Source: an uncultured delta proteobacterium | GTDB lineage: Bacteria > Desulfobacterota > Binatia > UBA9968 | DNA length: 64,000 bases | Assembly: GCA_963771465.1 (NCBI GenBank) | Contig: CAVYTU010000014.1 | Span: forward strand, 512,001 to 576,000 | Direction of reading: 5' to 3' | In this document: positions 30,327-39,143 of the stretch, piece after piece | Position numbering within the stretch: position 1 is the first letter of the stretch | Layout: every line of letters starts with the position of its first letter | The notes under the pieces: generated by a model | Databases searched by the model: none | Told to the model about the DNA's origin: nothing | The model's input: only the letters and a program-made list of their open reading frames with translations | Translations under genes and position numbers: made by a program

Positions 30327-31297
30327 AGCGCAAATGCCCTCTGAAATGGTTTGTACCAGCGCGATAGTTGCGCCAGCTCGCCGCGCTTGAGTTTTAACTT
30401 GCCCTGTTGCGTCGCTAAGAACGCGTCGATCTTGTTGCTAAACACCGCGTTCCACCACTCCGCTTTGCCGCTGATGAGAAATTCGCCGTCGCTCTGCTGG
30501 CTCAACTCAATGATCTCGCCAGCATGAAATTTCACCGTCCATGCCACGTCGCGTTCTTCGAGATGCAGCGTGAGCGATGTCGTGAGCGCCGTATCGCCGC
30601 CAAACTTGCGAAAATCTTGGTCACCGTTGGCGCTGTCGACCAACGCGTCCATATGTTCTCGTGAGAACAGCGCATAACGCGCGCCGTTCGCAACGGTCGA
30701 CTCTTTCTTGACCGCTACGACCACCGCTGCGTCGCGCTTAGCGGAAACGCCGTCTTTGAAGAATTGGCAATGCACCGCCTCTTCGAGCAAGTCGGTGAGT
30801 AAGAACGCTTCTTGAAATGTCTTGCCGATGGCCACCGTGCCGTGACCTTTGACGATGACCACGGGATTGTACTTGAGTGCTTCGACGACTTTCTCAGGCT
30901 TGGTCACCGTCGGCGTGTCTTGAGGAATGATCGGCACTTCGCCGATCGTATATTTCTCTTCGAAGCTCACCGGCACGAAGCTCTCGTGGGTTAGCGAAAA
31001 GGCCAAAACCATTGGCGGATGTACGTGCACGATCGCCTGCGCCTCGGTGCCGCCATAAACCGCCATATGCATCGGCGTCTCGCTCGACGCCTTCTGATTC
31101 GGCTTCAGCGGTTTTCCGTTGGCGTCAATCCTGACCAAGTCTTTGGTCATGAGAAACCCAAGCGGCGCGTGTTGTCCGGTAATCAGGAAGTTTTCCTTGC
31201 CGACGCGGCAACTCAGATTGCCGCCCCAACCGCTGATCAGCCGCCGGTCAAAGAGCAGCTTACCCCAACGGATAATTTCACTTTCGATCTTGGCCAT
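30302..31297 (-). CDS. Class II aldolase/adducin domain fused to a C-terminal SCP2-like domain
   Basis: GGNLS, SSE..MH, HVHP, GHG Zn ligands; C-term FLISG.AE.W......DAFLA.QQGKLKL.G typical of SCP2. Confidence 0.82.
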   Translation of the reverse strand: MAKIESEIIRWGKLLFDRRLISGWGGNLSCRVGKENFLITGQHAPLGFLMTKDLVRIDANGKPLKPNQKASSETPMHMAVYGGTEAQAIVHVHPPMVLAFSLTHESFVPVSFEEKYTIGEVPIIPQDTPTVTKPEKVVEALKYNPVVIVKGHGTVAIGKTFQEAFLLTDLLEEAVHCQFFKDGVSAKRDAAVVVAVKKESTVANGARYALFSREHMDALVDSANGDQDFRKFGGDTALTTSLTLHLEERDVAWTVKFHAGEIIELSQQSDGEFLISGKAEWWNAVFSNKIDAFLATQQGKLKLKRGELAQLSRWYKPFQRAFALWQSIPIQ

Positions 31298-31299
31298 CG

Positions 31300-32817
31300 T
31301 TAAGACTTCAATAAAGCCCAGGGCACGATTTCGGAATCAACGGGGTAAAGCGAGACTCCGGCAGGACAAATGTTTTTACCCATGAACGTCGACACGTCCT
31401 TGTCCCGAGTTGGAACTAGTTGTGATTCACCCTCAAAGAGTTCGATGCCGCAGCCGTGTAGGTGCGCTAATTGCGCCGCCTGTAGTGAACCGCAGCTAGC
31501 GCGCGGCCCGGCTTCAGTAAGCTCGCCGTAGAATAAGCACAGTTTGGCGATCTCGCCCTGCGCGAACAGCGTTCCGATCATGTTGTCGGAGATCAAAGTG
31601 GTCGGCGCATTTCGTTCCAATAATTCACCCGCGACTAGCTGCGCGCCCCAAAGTTGCGGCCGCATCTCCGGTACGAGGATGCTCTCGGCGTGCTCTGCTT
31701 TGAGGGCGCTGATCAAGAACGCATACTGGTTTTTCGGCGGCACGCCGTGGAGCAAAACGTATTTACTGCCGGAATTGCTCCTCGACTCTTCGCCGCTATT
31801 CTTCCACTGATATTTCTGGCGAAAAGCTTCCGGCGTATAGAGATCGTCAAAGCCGATTAAGTGGGTGATCAACTCCGCCGGCGTCACGTCGAACGCTGGA
31901 TAACGAGCCTTTATTGTAGAATTAGAATCTGCAAGCAATGGCTGCCGCTGAAACGTCAATAACTCATGCGCTGGCCGCTCTTCGATCGGCACGTCACTGC
32001 CGCGTTCGAGCGAGCGCGGATCTTGCACCAGAGCATAGAACGGCACGCCATATTCATGCGCCAGCCGCGCCATCGGATAGGTGCCGACCTTGTTGATGAC
32101 ATCGCCGTTGCGTGCCGAGCGGTCGGCGCCGACAACCACCGCGTTCACTGCGCCGCGCGCCATCACCTGCGCCACGGCGCAATCGGGGATCAGTGAAACG
32201 CTCACCCCCGCTTGCGCTAATTCCCAAGCCGTCAAGCGCGTGCCCTGGAGGTACGGCCGAGTTTCGGTAGCGATGACTGAAAACTCTTTGCCCATCTCCT
32301 GACAATACCGCGCTACCGCGACCAGCTCGCCGCTAACGTTGCAATGTGTCAACACGCGCGCCGGATCGGGCAGGACAGCGGCGGCGCGTTTGGCGCGCGC
32401 GCTACGCCCACGCATGATCTGCGCGCCGAATTCGCGCGTCTGGCGCGCAATAGTTTCGCCAATCGAATCGTTTGCCGGTAGCTTGTCAAAAAATTCCCCG
32501 ACGTAATTGCCTAGACCGCGAAAATCGAAGGTCGGACGAACGTCGCAAAATTGTTGCGTCAGCCGCGCCAGCCGCTCGCGCAGCGGCGCCGGGTCGTTGC
32601 CCTCGTACTGCTGCGCCACCATCGCAGCGCTATAGAGAAATGTCAGCACCTGGCCGAAAGCTCGAGTCTTCATCTCGCGCACGGCGTCGAGCGCCTGGAC
32701 GACTTCCGTTACCTGGATGTACTCGATCTTTTCGGGAACTTGGATTTCGTCAAGAATCTCGAAGCCTGCGCCGCGCCAGTGCACAGGTTCAAACAGCGGG
32801 CTTTCTACTGCGCTCAT
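31300..32817 (-). CDS. mtnA: Divergent methylthioribose-1-phosphate isomerase (MtnA/eIF-2B family) with extra duplicated C-terminal domain
   Basis: LTHCN, ETRPYLQG.RLTAWEL, GADR...NGD..NKVGTY, PAFDVTP; ATG 32817. Confidence 0.8.
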   Translation of the reverse strand: MSAVESPLFEPVHWRGAGFEILDEIQVPEKIEYIQVTEVVQALDAVREMKTRAFGQVLTFLYSAAMVAQQYEGNDPAPLRERLARLTQQFCDVRPTFDFRGLGNYVGEFFDKLPANDSIGETIARQTREFGAQIMRGRSARAKRAAAVLPDPARVLTHCNVSGELVAVARYCQEMGKEFSVIATETRPYLQGTRLTAWELAQAGVSVSLIPDCAVAQVMARGAVNAVVVGADRSARNGDVINKVGTYPMARLAHEYGVPFYALVQDPRSLERGSDVPIEERPAHELLTFQRQPLLADSNSTIKARYPAFDVTPAELITHLIGFDDLYTPEAFRQKYQWKNSGEESRSNSGSKYVLLHGVPPKNQYAFLISALKAEHAESILVPEMRPQLWGAQLVAGELLERNAPTTLISDNMIGTLFAQGEIAKLCLFYGELTEAGPRASCGSLQAAQLAHLHGCGIELFEGESQLVPTRDKDVSTFMGKNICPAGVSLYPVDSEIVPWALLKS

Positions 32818-32842
32818 TTTACCAGCGATCCAATGGAAACGT

Positions 32843-33577
32843 TTAGAGATATTTAAGCGCTTGGCGCGCCACTTCGATGGTTTTTTGCTCGGCTGCGAAA
32901 AACGCCGGATCGCGAAAGCCGAACTTGCCGTACAAGCACTCATCCGACACCGCGAGCACCGCGCCGGCCTTTTTGCCGCGAACTTGGGAAATGGTCAGAA
33001 ACGTCGAGGTCACCATGTCGATGCTTGAGACGTTTTGCTCGTTCAATTGTTGGATCAGCTCGGGCGTCTCTTGGAACAAAGCGTCGGTGGTGAAAATCCA
33101 GCCAAGATGATAACGGACTTTTAGTTCGTCGGCCGCTTGTTTGAGCGCGCTGACGATATCGCCGTGGGCAATAGTGGAAAAACTCTCCGCCACGTAATAG
33201 CGCGACGTGCCGTCGCCGCGCACCGCGCCGGTGACAATGACCAGATCGCCGATCTTGATGTTGTCTTGCAGCGAACCACAGCTGCCAACCCGGATCAGCG
33301 CCTCGACGCCGGCGCCGCAAAGAATCTCCGTGGTAATCGCTGTATCCGGCGCGTAGCGCCCGCCGTTACCGATGCTCACCCGTTTGCCATCGAGCGTACC
33401 GGTATGCATCTCGTAGTCGAGAAAGGTGAAACTCTTTTGCGGACTGTCCAAAAGCTTGAGCAGCAAATCGCTGCGCTCTTTCGGACCCGGGATAAGTGCG
33501 TAGGGACCGAGCGAATTAGGCTTGAGCCCGAGGATGTTGAGCATGCGCTGCGGTGTGAAGTGCGCTTCTTTGACCAT
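32843..33577 (-). CDS. Nucleoside phosphorylase (PNP/UDP-1 family)
   Basis: PG..ER, IRVGSCG, RGDGTSR.Y, TTDALF, DM..S, AVSD. Confidence 0.87.
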   Translation of the reverse strand: MVKEAHFTPQRMLNILGLKPNSLGPYALIPGPKERSDLLLKLLDSPQKSFTFLDYEMHTGTLDGKRVSIGNGGRYAPDTAITTEILCGAGVEALIRVGSCGSLQDNIKIGDLVIVTGAVRGDGTSRYYVAESFSTIAHGDIVSALKQAADELKVRYHLGWIFTTDALFQETPELIQQLNEQNVSSIDMVTSTFLTISQVRGKKAGAVLAVSDECLYGKFGFRDPAFFAAEQKTIEVARQALKYL

Positions 33578-33580
33578 TGA

Positions 33581-34804
33581 CTAAACAGCCTGAAGAGCGA
33601 ATTCCAGCAAATCTTGCACCGGCAGTCCGGCTGGTTTCAAATCGGCAAACGATCGTTGGCAGAGCGCGCTCGAAGTGAGTACTAATTCCGCGCCGGTTTC
33701 GCGCGCTTCGCGCATGCGATCAGCAGCATTCCACTGCGCCAACTCCGGGTCGGCTTCCGGCACGCCGCCACCGCCACCGCAACACCAAGCCCAGCGCCGA
33801 TTGCGCCCCATTTCGACCAGTTGAATACCCGGGATCGCCCGCAAAATAGTCCGCGGCGCCGCGTAAACGCCGCAGCCGCGGCCAAGGTGGCAGGAGTCGT
33901 GATAGGTAACTTTTTTACCGACCGGCTTGGTGAATTTCAATCGCCCCGCTTGCACCAGCTGTTCGACATACTCGACGCCGTGAATGACCTGGATGTCGGC
34001 GCCCACCTCCTTGGCATACTCGCGCCAGATTCTCTGGCAGCTGCCGCATGCGACGATGACGCGTTCAATGCCGGCATTCTTAAGGGTCGCCAGATTGTCG
34101 TCCTTTAGCCGCTCATACTCGCGGCGAAAGCCGAGATCGAAAGCATAAAGCCCGCAACATTTTTCATCGTCGCCAAGAATTGCAAAATCCTCGCCTGCCC
34201 GTTGCAGCAACTTCGCCAGTGCGATGACGCCGCCACGGCCGCTATCGCGGTCCGCCGAACAGCCGGCAAAGAGCAACGTCGGGGCCTTCGACTCAGCGAC
34301 GTTCTTCACTCCCAAACCATTGGCCCACGCGCCACGCTCAATCTTTGGCTGCGCCCAAGGATTGTCATGCTGCTGAAGTCCAGCGTAGAGCGGTTGATGC
34401 GCTGGAATCGGTCCATCTTTCTCGGTGATCTCCTCGCGCATGGCAACGGTTATATCCCAAGGACCGTAACCGTCGCCGCGCACGCCGCATAACTCCTGAC
34501 ACATGAGACAGCTGGTGCAAGCGTACATTACTTCTTTTAGTTCCGGCGTGATCGCATCGAGACCGTGAAATACTCGCTGTGCCATCAGCCAACGCGACTT
34601 AGGCGTGTGGCGTTGAAATTTATAGAATTCGTAGGGCGGACATTTCTCTTTTGGCCCAGGAACGTCTTCCATCGGATTGGCTGGTCCGTGGCCATAGCAA
34701 GAGCCGCACAAAACGCAACCGCTGCTGCGCTCGTCAAGTCCTTTGGCGTAAAGCCACTGTTTGACTCTTTCGAGCCCGATGGGTTTTTTGCTCTCGTTTT
34801 TCAC
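33581..34804 (-). CDS. Fe-S oxidoreductase (GlpC/HdrD/GlcF-like, 2x4Fe-4S plus CCG domains)
   Basis: CVLCGSC...CP, CTSCLMCQELC, CCG, YHDSCHLGR, CCGGGGG. Confidence 0.88.
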   Translation of the reverse strand: MKNESKKPIGLERVKQWLYAKGLDERSSGCVLCGSCYGHGPANPMEDVPGPKEKCPPYEFYKFQRHTPKSRWLMAQRVFHGLDAITPELKEVMYACTSCLMCQELCGVRGDGYGPWDITVAMREEITEKDGPIPAHQPLYAGLQQHDNPWAQPKIERGAWANGLGVKNVAESKAPTLLFAGCSADRDSGRGGVIALAKLLQRAGEDFAILGDDEKCCGLYAFDLGFRREYERLKDDNLATLKNAGIERVIVACGSCQRIWREYAKEVGADIQVIHGVEYVEQLVQAGRLKFTKPVGKKVTYHDSCHLGRGCGVYAAPRTILRAIPGIQLVEMGRNRRWAWCCGGGGGVPEADPELAQWNAADRMREARETGAELVLTSSALCQRSFADLKPAGLPVQDLLEFALQAV

Positions 34805-34823
34805 TGGAATACGCCCGCGCTGA

Positions 34824-34872
34824 AAATAGTTTAAATGTTAACCATTTATAACCCGCCTATATCCGCTGTCAA
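34824..34872 (-). promoter_or_regulatory. Sigma70 promoter with overlapping palindromic (MarR-type) operator
   Basis: Minus strand TTGACA (34867-72)-N16-TATAAA (34845-50); imperfect palindrome AAATAGTTTAAATGTTAACCATTT at 34824-47. Confidence 0.55.
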
Positions 34873-34981
34873 TCAAGTGAGACCTTCGGCTGGAGCAAGT
34901 AGCCGCGAATGCTCGTCAGCAAGCCGCTGCGATCATCTGGAATTGGCAATCTGAAATCGGCGTTATCTTGTGGCCGCGGAG

Positions 34982-35434
34982 CTAATTCGTGGTGGTCGTG
35001 AGATTCAACTTGCGGAGAATTGCCGAGAGCTCTTTCTGTTCGGTTTTGCTCAACCCGGTGAAAATCTGCCCGCAGCTCTTTTCGAATTCGGGAATCGTAC
35101 TCTTATAGAGTTTCGCGCCCCTGTCAGTCAAAACCACGTGCACGACGCGCCGGTCATTGTCGTCGCGCTTGCGCACCACCAGTTTTTTTTCTTCCAGCCG
35201 ATCGACGATGCCGGTTAAGTTGCTCACCGTGACCATCATCTTGGCGCCGATTTCGCCAAACGGCAGGCGGCCGGCATAGCCGATCGTCGCCAACACGTAA
35301 AATTGCGGCGGTGTGAGGGCTAATTTTGCCAGATCGTCTTCGAGTTTTTTATGGGATTGTAAGCTGAAGCGAAGAAAACGAATCCACAGACTGGTTGTAT
35401 AGGTGGTAAAAAAAGGACGTTTGAACCCTGCCAC
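34982..35434 (-). CDS. MarR family transcriptional regulator
   Basis: LTPPQFYVL, VDRLE.K.LV.R..D..DRR...V.LT.RG; start uncertain (GTG 35434). Confidence 0.9.
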   Translation of the reverse strand: MAGFKRPFFTTYTTSLWIRFLRFSLQSHKKLEDDLAKLALTPPQFYVLATIGYAGRLPFGEIGAKMMVTVSNLTGIVDRLEEKKLVVRKRDDNDRRVVHVVLTDRGAKLYKSTIPEFEKSCGQIFTGLSKTEQKELSAILRKLNLTTTTN

Positions 35435-35593
35435 ACGTGTGACTCTAAACGCAGCGAGGTGAAAATGCAACTTCGCGGCGCTCAATCAAAGTCACGGTGA
35501 CGACGATTGAACGGTCGGTTGCATCCTCATGTTCGATCGTCGTATTGAATACGCAGACGAGCCAGTGGATTTCCTTTAAGAACTGGAAATATA

Positions 35594-36328
35594 ATGAAAC
35601 TTCACATTCTCGGCTGTGGTGATGCCTTCGGCAGCGGCGGCCGCAATCAGAGCGGCTATTTAGTGGAAGCCAGCGACCGAATGTTTTTGCTCGATTGTGG
35701 ACCGACGAGCCTCCTCGCCATGAAGCGCGCGAAGATCGATCCGCGCCGACTGGACGCAATAATTCTCAGCCATTTGCACGGCGATCACTTTGGCGGCATT
35801 CCGTTTTTCTTCATCGAATATCTCTATCAGCAGCCGAGAGAAAAACCGTTGACCATCGCCGGCCCGCCCGGCACGGAAGCGAAAGTGCGACAACTTTTCC
35901 AGCTCATGTATGGCAACGCGACCAACGACAGGGAACTCCCGCCGATAGGCTTCGAGACTTTGTATCCCGATCAGCCCGCGCGCATCGAAGGCATTGAAGT
36001 GTTGCCGTTTCGCGTGCCCCATCAGAGCCACGAGATATCGCTGGGCTTGAAAGTTATTCATGATGATAAGCTGCTGCTTTTTTCCGGCGACTCGGCGTGG
36101 ACGGAGAGTTTTATTGAACAAGCGCGCGGCGTCGATTTATTTCTCTGCGAGTGTTCGTTTTACGATGAACAACCGGGCATGCATCTCAATTACCAAGTTT
36201 TGCGGGCGAATTTATCGCGCTTTGAGTGCAAGCAATTATTTCTCACCCATCTTGGCGACCAGATGCTGGATCGTCGCGACCGACTGGCTGTAAAAACGGT
36301 TGACGATGGAATGGTGATCGAATTTTAA
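35594..36328 (+). CDS. MBL-fold metallo-hydrolase (RNase Z-like)
   Basis: LG.G.AF, LLDCG, SHLHGDH, SGD, THL. Confidence 0.88.
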   Translation: MKLHILGCGDAFGSGGRNQSGYLVEASDRMFLLDCGPTSLLAMKRAKIDPRRLDAIILSHLHGDHFGGIPFFFIEYLYQQPREKPLTIAGPPGTEAKVRQLFQLMYGNATNDRELPPIGFETLYPDQPARIEGIEVLPFRVPHQSHEISLGLKVIHDDKLLLFSGDSAWTESFIEQARGVDLFLCECSFYDEQPGMHLNYQVLRANLSRFECKQLFLTHLGDQMLDRRDRLAVKTVDDGMVIEF

Positions 36329-36344
36329 CTTGCGGCGGCTTGAT

Positions 36345-37562
36345 TTAGCTCGGATTGCCGCGGGTCGATAGCGGCAGGATCAATGCTCGGTGACCGCTTT
36401 TGGTCAAGATTTCCTGCGCGCTTTCCTGGGCCGTGATCAATTCGGTGAAGGGGCCAACCTTCACCCGATAAGCCATTTCACCCCGGCCAAGTGGAGTGGG
36501 TTCGACAAACGTCTCGTAGCCCTTTTCGCCGATCTGCTTGGAAAGATCCTCGGCTCGGTCACGTTCGCGGAACGAGCCGACTTGGAGCACGTAACCGCCA
36601 TCCAAAAGCCGCGGCTTCTGAACGTCGGTTGGGACGATGACCGTCGAGATTCGCGCGCCATGCAAACCAACCTGCTGTTCGCCAGCGGTGGTCCGACCGC
36701 TCGGTGGCGCTGTTTTTAAAGAGTCATAATTCTCGAATCCATATTCCAGCAGCCGTTTGGTGTCGCCCCATTGGTCGCGCGCGCCTAGGATTGAGACGAT
36801 CAACGTGACGCCGTTCCGCTGCACCGCGCCGACAAAGCATTTCTGCGCCGCCACGGTGTAGCCGGTCTTGCCACCGATGGCGCCATCGAAATCCCATAGC
36901 AGGCGATTATGATTTCTCACGGAGATGCGCCGTGGCACGACTTTCTTTTTGACCACGGCCGTGGTGTTGACGGAGCTAAACTTGGTGAGAACAATTTCGC
37001 GGAACAACGTATTGCGCATGGCGTAACGGAAAATCACCGCCAGGTCTCGCGCCGTGGAATAGTGATCCGGCGCCGTAAGGCCATGCGGATTGGTAAAATG
37101 GGAATTGGTCGCGCCGACACTATGCGCCTTCTTGGTCATTTGTTCGGTAAATCGTTCAACCGACCCGCTAATGCCTTCGGCTAAGACCATACTGGCGTCA
37201 TTAGCGGAAGCGAGCATGATGCCATAGAGCAATTCTTCGATGGGAACGTTTTGTCCAGGTCGCAAATAGAGTTTTGATGCCGGCACCCGGGTCGCTTCTT
37301 TGGAAACTGTAATTGAATCCGAAAGCTTGCGCCCACTTTCGAGCGTGAGAATCGCGGTCACGACTTTGGTCGTACTGGCTGGCGGCAGGCGCAGATCCGC
37401 TTCTTTCTGAAACAGGACCTTTCCCGTACTTACATCCATCAGGAGTGCCGCCCGCGCGGTCAAATTCTCCTCAGGATCGAAAGCGTGTGCCGGACAGATA
37501 AACGTGGCTAGGGAAGCAACGGCCAGAACCAGGCTAGCTGCGATGAAATGAGACTTGCGCAG
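36345..37562 (-). CDS. D-alanyl-D-alanine carboxypeptidase (S11) with SPOR domain; probable CTG start
   Basis: PASTTK, SAN, KTG motifs; LQVGSF SPOR; in-frame signal peptide extends to CTG 37562, 9 nt after GGAGG. Confidence 0.88.
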   Translation of the reverse strand: MRKSHFIAASLVLAVASLATFICPAHAFDPEENLTARAALLMDVSTGKVLFQKEADLRLPPASTTKVVTAILTLESGRKLSDSITVSKEATRVPASKLYLRPGQNVPIEELLYGIMLASANDASMVLAEGISGSVERFTEQMTKKAHSVGATNSHFTNPHGLTAPDHYSTARDLAVIFRYAMRNTLFREIVLTKFSSVNTTAVVKKKVVPRRISVRNHNRLLWDFDGAIGGKTGYTVAAQKCFVGAVQRNGVTLIVSILGARDQWGDTKRLLEYGFENYDSLKTAPPSGRTTAGEQQVGLHGARISTVIVPTDVQKPRLLDGGYVLQVGSFRERDRAEDLSKQIGEKGYETFVEPTPLGRGEMAYRVKVGPFTELITAQESAQEILTKSGHRALILPLSTRGNPS

Positions 37563-37848
37563 AATGTCATCCCTCCGGATTGCTCGCTAGATGATAAAGC
37601 ACTGATGTTTCATCGGCAACTAATAAAACCAATTTATATCATGTTGGAAAAATTGAGCATAGCCCAGAATGGTGAATTCTTAGCCCGCTGCGGTTTTGAA
37701 GCTGCCGGTTGGAGTTTTTGCCCATTTCAGCCCAGCCAAATTGACAGAATGTCGCTCAACCCTGCAACGCAAAACCCTTCGAACTTTGCCGCAAGCATAA
37801 TCTAGATCGCGTAAGGAAACAAAATCAGCGGCAGTGCCGTCTTTCGCA

Positions 37849-38031
37849 CTATTTTTTCGTGGATGGGATACCCTGACGGGTAATTTCGCGTTCGGCGCGG
37901 TCTGCTACCCCGGCTTGTTCGCCCATTGCTTCCCGGCGAATCCGTTCCTGGCAGGGCTGGCAAATCCCGCCTTTGATTACCTCGGCTGGCTTAGCGCAGA
38001 TCATGCATTTTTTGCTCGGTTCGTTCGTCAT
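37849..38031 (-). CDS. Small CxxC/CxxC zinc-ribbon-like protein
   Basis: CMIC...CQPC, 60 aa, AGGA RBS, end of the holA operon. Confidence 0.65.
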   Translation of the reverse strand: MTNEPSKKCMICAKPAEVIKGGICQPCQERIRREAMGEQAGVADRAEREITRQGIPSTKK

Positions 38032-38067
38032 GGCAATTTCCTGGCAAAGTTATCGGTTGTGAAACCG

Positions 38068-38604
38068 TTAGTTAATCATCCTTATTTGCTTGGGATTCTC
38101 GATGATAATCTCCAAGCCGTACTGGGGATGGTCTTTGACCTGACCGGTAATCTCGACGTCCTTGTTCTCGTAACTCCTGGGCGCCGTCTTGGCTTTATCG
38201 AATAGTTCGACGGCGGAGGAAAAGATCACGGCGGTCAACGCTTCGCGCGACGGACCAAAGTTTAAGAAATAGGTGTTACTCTTGGCCGAATGACCGACGC
38301 GAAATACCCTGCCGCGCACACGCGCCTGTTTGCCCGTAAGGCTGCGAATTTTCTCCACATCACGGGCGAGAAATTCCGCCAGCTCTGGAGATGGTTCAGC
38401 CTCAGCCGTTGTCGCTAACAACGGTACATAATTCACCAAATAGGATTGCGGTTCACCTGGTATCAACGCCCGCGCCGCAACGGGCGGCGGAGCCTCGGGA
38501 AGTTCCGCCGTGGGCGGATTCCAGCGCTGATACAACAGGTGGGTGCAAATCCCGGCGACGAAAATCGCGCTGACGGCGAATACGTTGGCGACCAGGCGGC
38601 CCAT
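38068..38604 (-). CDS. Membrane-anchored OB-fold nucleic-acid-binding protein
   Basis: N-terminal TM; V.G.V......YFLNFG....TAVIF...V.ITG.V...LEIII. Confidence 0.72.
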   Translation of the reverse strand: MGRLVANVFAVSAIFVAGICTHLLYQRWNPPTAELPEAPPPVAARALIPGEPQSYLVNYVPLLATTAEAEPSPELAEFLARDVEKIRSLTGKQARVRGRVFRVGHSAKSNTYFLNFGPSREALTAVIFSSAVELFDKAKTAPRSYENKDVEITGQVKDHPQYGLEIIIENPKQIRMIN

Positions 38605-39143
38605 TACGGCTTACGCTCCCAGAGTTGCAAAAACGCTTTGCGGTATTCCTCCGCTAACGGTCCGGCGTCACGAAAGAGCAAGAGGTTTTCGTCGTTTAGT
38701 TTATCCGCTGCGTGAGTCCAATTATACGAACCGGTCAACACGATGCGCCGGTCGATGACGGCGAACTTTTGATGCATCAGCCCGCTGTCGCGATCCTGGC
38801 TCTTGGTTTTGCCGCCGGATACTCGGCGCAGAGGAATTTTCTCCGCTTCAAGAAATTTGCCTTTGGATTTTTCGTTGCCGACGTCGAACTCACGGTCAAC
38901 CACGATCTGCACAACCAAGCCGCGCTTTTTCGCTTGTACCAGCGCGTTGGCGAGATCGTCGTTAGTGAACGCATAGACTGCCACCAACAACTCCTTCTTG
39001 GCTTGGTCGATCTCGCGAAGAATATGTGTAGAACACTTTCCCTGGGGGCTGAAACAGGCCTGTACCGCCATTTCCGCGGCCGATATTGAGTCCATGGCAA
39101 GAAGCTGAAAAAGCATCGCCGCGGTAAACGCCGTGCGTATCAT
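38604..39143 (-). CDS. Phospholipase D family Nuc-like endonuclease, secreted
   Basis: FSP, HQKFAVID (HKD), GSYNWT, N.EN; signal peptide. Confidence 0.87.
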   Translation of the reverse strand: MIRTAFTAAMLFQLLAMDSISAAEMAVQACFSPQGKCSTHILREIDQAKKELLVAVYAFTNDDLANALVQAKKRGLVVQIVVDREFDVGNEKSKGKFLEAEKIPLRRVSGGKTKSQDRDSGLMHQKFAVIDRRIVLTGSYNWTHAADKLNDENLLLFRDAGPLAEEYRKAFLQLWERKP

